From contig CAYJKL010000001.1 of the NCBI GenBank assembly GCA_964370755.1, positions 9,046-73,045 on the forward strand: DNA of 64,000 nucleotides, given 5' to 3'. The stretch is from an uncultured Muribaculaceae bacterium. Its GTDB lineage: Bacteria > Bacillota_I > Bacilli_A > RF39 > UBA660. The notes under the pieces were generated by a model. That model was not told the DNA's origin, made no database searches, and saw only the letters and a list, made by a program, of their open reading frames with translations. The stretch's first letter is position 1. Each line of letters starts with the position of its first letter. A program made the position numbers and the translations under genes. This document shows, piece after piece, positions 55,319-64,000 of the stretch.

Positions 55319-56102
55319 TGTTTATGGAGTAAGTTTTAATAAAAATAGTAAAGTGTATTATTTTAAAACTGAACTAAAGTGTAGAATTGATGTTACTGTT
55401 ATAGTAGAAACTGAAAAAGGTGAGCAGTTTGGGAAGATTGTTAGTGAAATTACAGATAAAAATAAAGCTAATAAGTTTAGTGATTTAAAAAAAATTATTA
55501 GAATTTCTACTAAAGATGATTATAAGGAACATTTAAGAAATATAAAGGATGCCGAAAAAGCATTAAAAAAATGTAGAGAAATTGCTGCTGAGCTTAATCT
55601 TGATATGAATTTTATAAGTGCTAATTATTCTTTTAGTAGAAGTCAACTGGTGTTTAATTTTTATGCAGATGAAAGAGTTGATTTTAGAGAACTTGCTAAA
55701 AAACTAGCAATGCTTTACAAAACGCGTATAGAACTTAGACAAGTTGGGGCAAGAGATAAAGCAAGAGAAGTTTCTGGTGAGGGTGTTTGTGGTCAAAAGT
55801 TGTGTTGTTCTAGATTTTTAAATCAAATGGAATCTGTTTCGATAAGTATGGCCAAAAATCAAAATTTAGCCCTTAATCCTTCTAAAATTAATGGAGCTTG
55901 TAATAGACTTCTTTGTTGTCTTGCTTACGAAGATGATAATTATACTGAAATAAGAAAAGAATTACCTAATATTGGATCAAGTATTAAATGTGGTAACAAA
56001 AATGGAACCGTTAGAAGTTTAAATATACTTAAAAATAGTTATATTGTTGATGTTAATGGGGAGAGAATAGAAGTTAGTAATAATGAAAATAGTAAAAAAT
56101 GA
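55311..56102 (+). CDS. ricT: PSP1-domain protein RicT/YaaT (stage 0 sporulation protein)
   Basis: PSP1 C-terminal domain with the conserved Cys cluster GVCGQKLCCSRFL...NGACNRLLCCLAYE. Confidence 0.8.
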   Translation: MTNVYGVSFNKNSKVYYFKTELKCRIDVTVIVETEKGEQFGKIVSEITDKNKANKFSDLKKIIRISTKDDYKEHLRNIKDAEKALKKCREIAAELNLDMNFISANYSFSRSQLVFNFYADERVDFRELAKKLAMLYKTRIELRQVGARDKAREVSGEGVCGQKLCCSRFLNQMESVSISMAKNQNLALNPSKINGACNRLLCCLAYEDDNYTEIRKELPNIGSSIKCGNKNGTVRSLNILKNSYIVDVNGERIEVSNNENSKK

Positions 56103-56784
56103 TTTATTTGATTATAAGAATAGATATATTTATCAACATGAAAAAGGGTTTAAATTTTCTGTAGATTCTCTTCTTTTAGCTGAATATGTAAATATTTTAA
56201 AAAAAGATAAGCTTTTAGTTGATTTTTGCACAGGTAACTGTGTTGTACCACTTGTAATATCTACTAAAAGTAGTATTAATATTATGGCTTTTGAAATTAG
56301 CGAGGAAGTTTATTCACTTGCTTTAAAATCTGTGAATTTAAATAATGTTGATAACATTGAGGTTATTAACAGTGATATTAAAAGAGTTTTTGATTACTTA
56401 GGATATAATAGTGTAGATATTATTACGTGTAATCCGCCTTATTTTAAAATAGGTGAAAATATAAATAATAGTAAGTTTAAAACTGATGCTAGACATGAAG
56501 TGTTGATAACTCTTGAAGATATTTTTTCGATTTCTACTAAACTATTGAGTAATAATGGTACTCTTTATATGGTTCACAGAAAAGAAAGAATAGATGAAAT
56601 AATTATTTTAGCTAATAAATTTAAGATGAATGTTAAAGAAGTAGTTTTTGTTAGTACTAGGAAAGATAAAATTGGTTTGATACTTGTAAAATGTGTAAAA
56701 AATTCTAAGTTTGGAGTTAATATTACTTTGAAAAGTATTGAAAATTTAGAAACGTATCAAAATATGTTTAAGGAGGATAAATGA
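56083..56784 (+). CDS. SAM-dependent methyltransferase, YabB/TrmN6-like (tRNA adenine-N6)
   Basis: Catalytic CNPPYF motif and a Rossmann-type fold. Synteny with B. subtilis yabB. Confidence 0.65.
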   Translation: MKIVKNDLFDYKNRYIYQHEKGFKFSVDSLLLAEYVNILKKDKLLVDFCTGNCVVPLVISTKSSINIMAFEISEEVYSLALKSVNLNNVDNIEVINSDIKRVFDYLGYNSVDIITCNPPYFKIGENINNSKFKTDARHEVLITLEDIFSISTKLLSNNGTLYMVHRKERIDEIIILANKFKMNVKEVVFVSTRKDKIGLILVKCVKNSKFGVNITLKSIENLETYQNMFKEDK

Positions 56785-57323
56785 AATTAATAGTTGGTCT
56801 TGGTAATCCAGGAAAAAAATATGAAAATACAAGACATAATATAGGATTTAATATTGTTGATAACTATGTTGGAAATATTAAGTGGCAAAATAAGTTTAAT
56901 TCTTTGTATACTAAGATTAATGTTTTAGGTGAAGAAGTTATCTTTATTAAACCTGAAACTTTTATGAATTTATCTGGGGATTCTGTTGTTAAGTATGTAA
57001 ATTATTTTGATATTAATATTAATGATATTTTAGTTATTCAAGATGACTTAGATATGTTAATAGGTACTTATAAACTTAAAAAAGATTCATCTTCGGGTGG
57101 ACATAATGGAATTAAATCCATTGAAAATGTACTTAAGAGTAAAAATTTTGCTAGACTAAAAGTAGGTATACTTGATGCTGATAAAAAAGATGTTGTTGAT
57201 TTTGTTTTGGGTAGGTTTTCTAAAGAAGATTTGGAAAAAATATTTAGTGTAGATTATGATAAAATTATTAACTTATTTATTAAGGAAGGATTTGAGAAGG
57301 CTATTAATACTTATAAGAGCTAG
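56781..57323 (+). CDS. pth: Peptidyl-tRNA hydrolase
   Basis: MKLIVGLGNPGKKYENTRHNIGF and GGHNGIKSI. Confidence 0.95.
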   Translation: MKLIVGLGNPGKKYENTRHNIGFNIVDNYVGNIKWQNKFNSLYTKINVLGEEVIFIKPETFMNLSGDSVVKYVNYFDININDILVIQDDLDMLIGTYKLKKDSSSGGHNGIKSIENVLKSKNFARLKVGILDADKKDVVDFVLGRFSKEDLEKIFSVDYDKIINLFIKEGFEKAINTYKS

Positions 57324-57326
57324 ATT

Positions 57327-60300
57327 ATGGAAAATATAAATAAATATTTTAAATATGAAGATGGTAGAAATGTAAGTGGCTTAACACAGGAGTTAAGTGT
57401 TCTTTATATGCTTAATTATTATAATAAGTTTGAAAAGGATGTTCTTATAGTTACTAGTTCTTTATTTGAAGCGACAAAACTGTTTAATATTTTTTCCAAT
57501 TATACTGAAAATGTGCTTTTATATCCAATGGATGATTTTTTAACTAGTGCTACTATAGCAGAGTCTCCTGATTTAAAATTTACTAGACTTGAAACAGTTA
57601 AAAGTCTTAAAAAAAGCAAAAATATAGTTATCACTAATTTAATGGGTTATCTTAAGTTTTTACCGAAAAAAAGTGAAGTGTTAGAACTTAATTTATCTAT
57701 TAATTTAGAGATTAAGAGAAGTAGTTTAATAGAAAATTTAGAGAAGTTTGGATATAACCGTGAATCTTTTGTTACTTCAACTGGTGAATATGCTGTTAGA
57801 GGACTTGTTATTGATGTTTTTCCGATTCATGAGTCTAGACCACTTAGAATAGAGTTTGATGGAGATGAGATAGAATCAATTAAATATTTTGATGAAGGTA
57901 CTCAAATAACTGTTGAAGAAGTTACTGATTTATCTATTAATCCAGTTAATGAAGTTAAAAGTGAAGTAAATGACTCTATACTTGATTATATGGATGATAA
58001 AGTTGTTTTTTATGTTGATTACAATCAAATTAAAGGTTCATACATAAAACTAGTTGAAGATATTTTTTCATTTAATCAAAGTAAAGGAACAAATGAGAAA
58101 TTTATGTTTGAATTTGATGAAATTAAACCTAAATTTACTATGAATATTAATAATATCGAAGTAAGTAAAAATGATATTATATTTTCTTCTAAAGTCCTTG
58201 ATAATTATAATGAGGATTTTGATAAACTAAAAATTGATTTTTACGGCTGGAGTAATAAAGATTACGAAGTTTATTTTTGTTTAACTAATGAAAAACAAAT
58301 AAGTAAAATTAGAGATATTTGTGTAGGTGCTAAATTTATTAAGCAAAAAGTTACTCATGGTTTTATCTTTGAAGATGTTGTATATATTGGTGAAAGTGAT
58401 ATATCTAAAGTTAGTAAAGATGTAACTCGTTATAAAAGTAGTTATAAATTTGGTAAAAAAATTAAAAGTTATGATCAACTTGAAATAGGAGATTATGTTG
58501 TACATATTTCACATGGAATTGGTGTATATAATGGCATTGTCAAACTTAATAAAGGTGGTATAGAAAAAGATTTTTTACAAATACTTTATGCTGGTAAAGA
58601 TAAAATTTATGTTCCTGCGTCTAAAATTACTACTATATATAAATATGGTGATAAAGATGGTAGTGCTCCTAAGATAAATAAGCTTGGAGGAGATACTTGG
58701 AAGAAAACAAAAAGATATATTGAAGCAAAAATTAAAGATATATCTTTAGAATTAATGAAGTTATATAAAGAAAGATTAGCAGTTAAGACTCCTGTTTATA
58801 AGGGGTATGCTGAGGATGATGTATTTGATACTGGATTTGAGTATGATTTAACTACTAATCAAGCAAAAAGTGTTAATGAAATTTTAGGAGATTTACAAAA
58901 GGAATACCCAATGGATAGGCTTTTATGTGGAGATGTAGGATTTGGTAAGACCGAAGTTGCGTTTAGAGGTATGTTTAATACTGTTTTAAATAATTATCAG
59001 GTAATGTATTTGTGTCCGACAACTATTTTATCAAGTCAGCAATATAAAGTTGCCCTTGAAAGATTTAAAGATTGGCCAATAGAAATAGGTCTTTTGAATA
59101 GATTTGTTAGTGCTAAAGAAGCGAAAATTACACTTGAAAGATTTAATCAAGGGAAAATTGATATACTTTTTGGTACTCATAGAATACTTAGTGATGATGT
59201 TAAACCTAGTAAACTTGGACTTTTAGTAGTAGATGAAGAGCAAAGATTTGGAGTTACTCATAAAGAAAAAATCAAATCTCTTAAAAATGATGTAAATGTA
59301 CTTACTTTGTCTGCTACTCCTATTCCTAGGACTTTAAAAATGGCTTTATCTGGGCTTAGAGATTTATCAGTGATAGATACGCCTCCTGTAAATAGATATC
59401 CAGTGCAAACTTATGTTGTTAGTGAAAACGAATTTGTAATAAAAGATGCAATTTATAAAGAGTTATCGCGAAATGGTCAAGTATTTATTTTATATAATAA
59501 AGTTTCGGATATTGAATCTGTTGCTAGTTATATTAAAAAAATAGTACCTGATGCTAGAGTTAATTTTGCTCATGGACAGATGAAAAAAGAAGAACTTGAA
59601 AATATCATGACTGATTTTGTAAATTATGAGTATGATATTTTAATATGTACTACTATTATTGAAAGTGGTATTGATATACCAAATGTTAATACTTTGCTTG
59701 TTTATGATGCTGATCACTTTGGTTTATCTCAGCTTTATCAAATTAGAGGTAGAGTTGGAAGAAGTAATAAAATAGGCTATGCTTATTTACTTTATAAAGA
59801 AGGAAAAGTATTAAATGAAGTTGCTACTAAGAGACTTAGTGCTATAAAAGAGTTTACGGAGCTTGGTAGTGGATATAAAATTGCTATGAGAGATCTTGCT
59901 ATTAGAGGAGCAGGAGATGTTTTTGGTTCTAGTCAAGCTGGATTTGTTGATTCAGTTGGAATATCTTTATATTTAAAGATGATTGATGATGAGCTTAGAC
60001 GCAGTAAAGGTGAAGAAGTAATAGATGAAGAAGAAGATGCTCCTACACTTTTAGATGTTGCTACTCATATAACTGATGATTATGCACCAGATGAGGAAGT
60101 TAAACTTGAAATTCACCAAATTATTAATAAAGTGTCTTCGCTGGAAACTTTTAATGAAGTAAAAGAAGAACTAGAGAATAGATTTGGTACTTTACCTAAT
60201 GATTTAATTATATATATGTATGAAGAATGGTTTGAAAAACTGGCTTCTAAACTGTGTATAAAGCATGTTAAAAAAACTGATAGAATGGTTGAACTTATTA

Positions 60301-60497
60301 TTCCAAAGGAAGTTTGTGATAATATTAAAGGTGATAAACTTTTAATGAGTGCATTTCAAATAAGTACTAATTTTAATATTAAGTATCTTAGTTCTCAGTT
60401 ACATGTTTCGCTTATAATAAAAAAAGAAGTAGAACATTACGTTATACTTTTAACTAAGTTATTAACAGAAATAGAAAATAATGTAAAAAATACATAA
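57327..60497 (+). CDS. mfd: Transcription-repair coupling factor Mfd
   Basis: 1056 aa. CarD/RID-like GDYVVHISHGIGVY, SF2 helicase motifs GDVGFGKTEVA, DEEQRFG, SATPIPRT, QLYQIRGRVGRS, and TRG motif. Confidence 0.95.
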   Translation: MENINKYFKYEDGRNVSGLTQELSVLYMLNYYNKFEKDVLIVTSSLFEATKLFNIFSNYTENVLLYPMDDFLTSATIAESPDLKFTRLETVKSLKKSKNIVITNLMGYLKFLPKKSEVLELNLSINLEIKRSSLIENLEKFGYNRESFVTSTGEYAVRGLVIDVFPIHESRPLRIEFDGDEIESIKYFDEGTQITVEEVTDLSINPVNEVKSEVNDSILDYMDDKVVFYVDYNQIKGSYIKLVEDIFSFNQSKGTNEKFMFEFDEIKPKFTMNINNIEVSKNDIIFSSKVLDNYNEDFDKLKIDFYGWSNKDYEVYFCLTNEKQISKIRDICVGAKFIKQKVTHGFIFEDVVYIGESDISKVSKDVTRYKSSYKFGKKIKSYDQLEIGDYVVHISHGIGVYNGIVKLNKGGIEKDFLQILYAGKDKIYVPASKITTIYKYGDKDGSAPKINKLGGDTWKKTKRYIEAKIKDISLELMKLYKERLAVKTPVYKGYAEDDVFDTGFEYDLTTNQAKSVNEILGDLQKEYPMDRLLCGDVGFGKTEVAFRGMFNTVLNNYQVMYLCPTTILSSQQYKVALERFKDWPIEIGLLNRFVSAKEAKITLERFNQGKIDILFGTHRILSDDVKPSKLGLLVVDEEQRFGVTHKEKIKSLKNDVNVLTLSATPIPRTLKMALSGLRDLSVIDTPPVNRYPVQTYVVSENEFVIKDAIYKELSRNGQVFILYNKVSDIESVASYIKKIVPDARVNFAHGQMKKEELENIMTDFVNYEYDILICTTIIESGIDIPNVNTLLVYDADHFGLSQLYQIRGRVGRSNKIGYAYLLYKEGKVLNEVATKRLSAIKEFTELGSGYKIAMRDLAIRGAGDVFGSSQAGFVDSVGISLYLKMIDDELRRSKGEEVIDEEEDAPTLLDVATHITDDYAPDEEVKLEIHQIINKVSSLETFNEVKEELENRFGTLPNDLIIYMYEEWFEKLASKLCIKHVKKTDRMVELIIPKEVCDNIKGDKLLMSAFQISTNFNIKYLSSQLHVSLIIKKEVEHYVILLTKLLTEIENNVKNT

Positions 60498-60547
60498 AAA
60501 ATATTTAAATTCACACACTAGTAATGAAGTGGAGTGAATTTTTTATT

Positions 60548-61072
60548 GTGAAAAGTACAGGTGTAACACGTAGAATAGATGAACTTGGAAGAATTGTTAT
60601 TCCAAAAGAAATTAGAAGAAGTCTTTCTATTAGAGATGGTGAAAACATAGAAATTTTAGTAGAGGAAGATAAAATTATATTAAAAAAATTTTTACTTATG
60701 GATAATATTGGTGATCTTAGTCAAAAACTTACTGATATATTTTCTTCGATTGATAATGATATGATAATAATTACTGATAGAGTAAAGGTTGTCGCTACTA
60801 CTGATATATATAAACATTTGGTTGAGCAAAGTTTTGATACATTACTGATTAAGTATATAGATAATAGAGAAATAGTGAATATTAAAGATGGTAAATTATC
60901 TTTTTCAAATAATGATATTTATGGTAATTTTGTTATAGTACCTATAATTAGTAATACTGATTCTCTTGGACTTGTAATTATTACAAAAAATGATTCTATT
61001 ACAAATGATACTGATTTAAAGAGTGCTAAAATAATAGCTAAAATTTTAGCTGAAAAAATAAATATAAGTTAG
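60548..61072 (+). CDS. spoVT: Stage V sporulation protein T (AbrB-family SpoVT)
   Basis: SpoVT-AbrB swapped-hairpin domain TGVTRRIDELGRIVIPKEIRRSLSIRDGENIEIL plus a C-terminal GAF-like domain. The probable start is GTG at 60548 (VKSTGV), analogous to B. subtilis MKATGIVRRIDDLGR; the tracked ATG is at 60524. Confidence 0.8.
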   Translation: MKSTGVTRRIDELGRIVIPKEIRRSLSIRDGENIEILVEEDKIILKKFLLMDNIGDLSQKLTDIFSSIDNDMIIITDRVKVVATTDIYKHLVEQSFDTLLIKYIDNREIVNIKDGKLSFSNNDIYGNFVIVPIISNTDSLGLVIITKNDSITNDTDLKSAKIIAKILAEKINIS

Positions 61073-61121
61073 TTGACATTAGTTTTCATTTTGTTATAAT
61101 AAGTCTTTATATGGGGGACTT

Positions 61122-62045
61122 ATGAAAAATAGTATTAGATTATTACTTGAATTTAGTAAATCTTTTGATGAAAATTTGTATGAAGAAGTTAAGAATCTTA
61201 ATCTTGAAAAGTTAGAAACGTATGTTACTACAAATAAAAAATATGATATTATTTTTTTGGGGGAATATATTGTTATTAAAGATATTAAGAATGGTGCTGT
61301 GTTTACACTAAGTTATGCTGATAGTATACTTTTTAATAAAATAATAGATGAAGAGCATATGGAAACTTATCAATATAATATTGTTCATGATGAAATAGTA
61401 TACTTTAATGCATTTTCAACTAGAGATTTGAATAAGTATGAGTATGCTTTATTATATACTGATTGTGATGAAGTAATTAGTGATATTACAAGTATGGACG
61501 ATTTTGTAAAATATGTAAAAAATATTTTGAAGAAAAATAATAATTTAGATGGTTGTAAAAGTCTTTTTCAGTTAAGAAGGTATATTGAAGATAAAATTCT
61601 ATTTGAACAAGTGAATATTGATGGTGAAGATTTAGAGCATTATTCTAACTTTATTTATACTTTAATTACTAAGTTTAATTTAGAATTAGAGTCATTTGAA
61701 AATTTGGGTACGGAGTTTAATTACAGAATATCTTTAAATGGAAATAAAAATTGTAATGTAGATATAAGATTAAATGATGAAGAAGAATATGATTTATTTG
61801 CTTATTTTAACCATAATTTAATTTTAACTTTTGTAAATAGAGTTTTAAAAGCTAAGGTTTTTGATACTATTATTTCAATGGGTTATAAGAAAGTTTTTGG
61901 TAGAACGGTTTTTATAATTAAAATATATAATACAAAAGAAAAATGTTATCATGAATTACCTATTTTACATAATGTTGCTGCGATGGAATCATTTATTAAT
62001 TTTATAGGTGATTATGCACAAGAACAGAGAAATTTGAAAAAATAG
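61122..62045 (+). CDS. Hypothetical protein (307 aa)
   Basis: Long ORF with GGGGGA upstream. No recognisable motif. Confidence 0.4.
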   Translation: MKNSIRLLLEFSKSFDENLYEEVKNLNLEKLETYVTTNKKYDIIFLGEYIVIKDIKNGAVFTLSYADSILFNKIIDEEHMETYQYNIVHDEIVYFNAFSTRDLNKYEYALLYTDCDEVISDITSMDDFVKYVKNILKKNNNLDGCKSLFQLRRYIEDKILFEQVNIDGEDLEHYSNFIYTLITKFNLELESFENLGTEFNYRISLNGNKNCNVDIRLNDEEEYDLFAYFNHNLILTFVNRVLKAKVFDTIISMGYKKVFGRTVFIIKIYNTKEKCYHELPILHNVAAMESFINFIGDYAQEQRNLKK

Positions 62046-62135
62046 TAATTTACAATTGTTTAGATAAAATGTATTTTTTTTCTAGATTTTTATTGTTTTT
62101 AATGATATACTTTAAATAGAAAGAAGGTTGTGTTT

Positions 62136-62798
62136 ATGTTTTGTGGAAATTGTGGAACTAAAAATGAGGTTACTGCTAAACATTGTGTGAATTGTGGAAA
62201 TGCACTTGCTCCTGCTAATGAATCGGTAAGTAATGTTGCTCCTGCTGCTGTGCCAGTAAATAATTCAAGTAATGATTTTGTTGTTAATGCTAAAGCTAAG
62301 GGAAATGAGTTAATTACTAAAGGAAAAGATTTTTATGCTAAAAGTCCTAATACTGTTTATGGTATTGTTGGTGGCGTAGTTCTTGTTATTATTCTATTTA
62401 TCGTTTTAGGAGATAAAACGATGACATGTGAGACATCGGAAAGTTTTGCTGATACTTCAGTAGATGTTAAATATAATGGAGATGATGATGTAACTAAAAT
62501 TTTTATTAAAGTTGTTTATGATACTACTGATGGGGATTTTGAAGATTATTTAGATTATGAAGATGTTGACATAGATGAATTTGTAGATGATCAACAAGAT
62601 GATTTAGAAGATTATATGGATGATGCTCCTGATGGATATAAAGCGTCTATTAAAAAAAGTGGAGATAATATAATTCAAACTCAAGAATTTAAAGGTGAAG
62701 CTTTAGAAGAATATTTAGATGACTTAGACGTGAAAGATGTTGATGATTTAGAGGATTATTTAGAAGATGGTTACTCTGATTATAAGTGTGAAAAATAA
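62136..62798 (+). CDS. Zinc-ribbon membrane protein with a highly acidic extracytoplasmic domain
   Basis: MFCGNCGTKNEVTAKHCVNCGN (double CxxC zinc ribbon), one TM helix (VYGIVGGVVLVIILFIVLG), then an Asp/Glu/Tyr-rich domain. Confidence 0.5.
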   Translation: MFCGNCGTKNEVTAKHCVNCGNALAPANESVSNVAPAAVPVNNSSNDFVVNAKAKGNELITKGKDFYAKSPNTVYGIVGGVVLVIILFIVLGDKTMTCETSESFADTSVDVKYNGDDDVTKIFIKVVYDTTDGDFEDYLDYEDVDIDEFVDDQQDDLEDYMDDAPDGYKASIKKSGDNIIQTQEFKGEALEEYLDDLDVKDVDDLEDYLEDGYSDYKCEK

Positions 62799-62799
62799 T

Positions 62800-62990
62800 T
62801 TAACAGAGAAGAAAATGAGTAATAGTTAATATTTTAAAGAGAGTTAATGTTTGGTGGAAATTAATAAATTAATACTATGAATATGGTTTTTGGAGTTAAA
62901 ACGGGTAATTACGTTATAAATATTTAAGTGCATGGAAATCATGAATTAAGGTGGTACCGCGGATATATATTCGTCCTTTCTTAGTTTGTG
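62800..62990 (+). promoter_or_regulatory. T-box leader (tRNA-sensing riboswitch), probable Met specifier
   Basis: Canonical T-box sequence AATTAAGGTGGTACCGCGG at 62944-62962, with the 3' partner TTCGTCCTTT. Upstream are stem I elements AGAGA (62804) and AGAGAG...TGGTGGAAA, and a stem III-like hairpin CATGGAAATCATG. The candidate specifier is ATG followed by A at 62877-62880. metG is the second gene downstream. Confidence 0.7.
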
Positions 62991-63011
62991 ATTTTTATTT
63001 TGGAGGTTAGT

Positions 63012-63494
63012 ATGAGAGGTTTTGAAAAAATAAGTTTTAAGCAGTTTAGTAAAGATATAAAAAATGATGAAATATTATATAAAGAATATATATTACCTCA
63101 TAGAAAAACTAGAGTATCTGCTGGATATGATTTTATTGCAATAGATGATTTTGTAATTAAACCTGGTGAAATTTTAAAAATTGCTACTGGATATAAAGTT
63201 TATATGGAAGATGATGAAGCTTTGTTTATAGTTGTAAGAAGTAGTATGGGATTTAAAAGTAATGTTCGAATGTGTAATCAAGTTGGAGTAATAGATGCTG
63301 ATTACTATAATAATATTAATAATGAAGGACATATGTTTGTTGCTCTTCAGAATCATGGAGATAAAGAATTTGCTGTTAAAAAAGGTGATAGTTATGCACA
63401 AGGAATTTTTACTAAATATCTTATTTGTGATAATGATAATGTAAGTAATGAAAGAGTTGGGGGACTAGGAAGTACTAATGGAAGGAATGATTAA
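63012..63494 (+). CDS. dut: Trimeric dUTP diphosphatase (dUTPase)
   Basis: Motifs SAGYDF, VVRSSMG, GVIDADYY, and C-terminal RVGGLGSTN. Start at 63012 after TTGGAGG. Confidence 0.8.
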   Translation: MRGFEKISFKQFSKDIKNDEILYKEYILPHRKTRVSAGYDFIAIDDFVIKPGEILKIATGYKVYMEDDEALFIVVRSSMGFKSNVRMCNQVGVIDADYYNNINNEGHMFVALQNHGDKEFAVKKGDSYAQGIFTKYLICDNDNVSNERVGGLGSTNGRND

Positions 63495-63495
63495 A

Positions 63496-64000
63496 ATGAA
63501 TGAAAAATATTATTTAACAACGGCTATAGCGTATACGTCAGGAAAGCCTCATATAGGAAATACTTATGAGATTGTGCTTTCAGATGCTATTGCAAGATAT
63601 AAAAGATTAGAAGGATATGATGTATATTTTCAAACTGGAACAGATGAACATGGTCAAAAAATAGAATTAAAGGCGGAAGAAGCGGGAAAAACTCCTCAAA
63701 AATTTGTAGATGAGATTGCTGGGTTAATTAAAAACAATTTTGATTTAATGAATACAAGTTATGATAAATTTATAAGAACTACTGATAAAAATCATAAAGA
63801 AATTGTTCAAAAAATATTTGATAAAATGCTTGGTTCAGGAGATATTTATTTAGGTGAGTATGAGGGTTTGTACTGCACACCTTGTGAATCATTTTGGACT
63901 GAGTCTCAGCTTGTAGATGGAAAATGTCCAGATTGTGGTAGAGTAGTTGAACCTAAGAAAGAAGAAGCGTATTTTTTTAAATTGTCAAAGTATCAAGATA
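63496..64000 (+). CDS. metG: Methionyl-tRNA synthetase, N-terminal 168 codons (continues beyond the right edge)
   Basis: My translation: MNEKYYLTTAIAYTSGKPHIGNTYEIVLSDAIARYKRLEGYDVYFQTGTDEHGQKIE..., with the HIGH motif and a zinc knuckle (CTPCESFW...CPDCG). Confidence 0.9.
   Translation, partial: MNEKYYLTTAIAYTSGKPHIGNTYEIVLSDAIARYKRLEGYDVYFQTGTDEHGQKIELKAEEAGKTPQKFVDEIAGLIKNNFDLMNTSYDKFIRTTDKNHKEIVQKIFDKMLGSGDIYLGEYEGLYCTPCESFWTESQLVDGKCPDCGRVVEPKKEEAYFFKLSKYQD

Overview
This is the chromosomal replication-origin region of a very AT-rich, low-GC Gram-positive spore-former; SpoIID, a SpoIIQ-like protein, SpoIIR, SpoVT, BofA and YaaT/RicT are all present. Gene orientation flips at about 40.7-41.0 kb. 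Left of dnaA almost everything is on the minus strand: rnr, secG, ftsH, tilS, prfB, secA, hpf, csp, spoIID, rpiB, rpmE, murA, prfA, rpoE, noc, rsmG, mnmG, mnmE, jag, yidC, rnpA, rpmH. Right of it everything is on the plus strand: dnaA, dnaN, comK-like, recF, gyrB, gyrA, ffs, tadA, dnaX, ybaB, recR, bofA, holB, ricT, pth, mfd, spoVT, dut, metG. I saw no rRNA, tRNA, CRISPR, transposase or phage genes.

The most unusual feature is the 1.45 kb gene-free interval between gyrA and the SRP RNA gene (49744-51132). It holds two arrays of GC-rich palindromes. The first has five ~50-bp units carrying the Noc-binding-site palindrome TATTTCCCGGGAAATA (three perfect, two decayed), each preceded by TTATGTAAAC. 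The second has seven identical copies of the perfectly symmetric parS palindrome TGTTCCACGTGGAACA at 96-139 bp spacing, three of them followed at fixed distance by a DnaA-box variant. The only ParB-family gene in the window (29691-30650) sits in the noc position downstream of rsmG. It looks Noc-like in its recognition helix, lacks an N-terminal amphipathic helix, and is not followed by soj/spo0J.

Other items worth a second look:
- an agr-type quorum-sensing locus whose untracked 34-codon AgrD-like ORF has no Cys/Ser at the ring position
- a ComK-family gene between dnaN and recF
- an orphan pseudopilin gene
- two tandem paralogous NPETG-anchored surface proteins with a conserved upstream direct repeat
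- three accessory genes inserted between rpmH and dnaA
- Spo0A-box-like motifs inside the DnaA-box cluster
- a Met T-box leader in front of dut-metG

All calls rest on reading the sequence and ORF translations by eye. No database search was possible.
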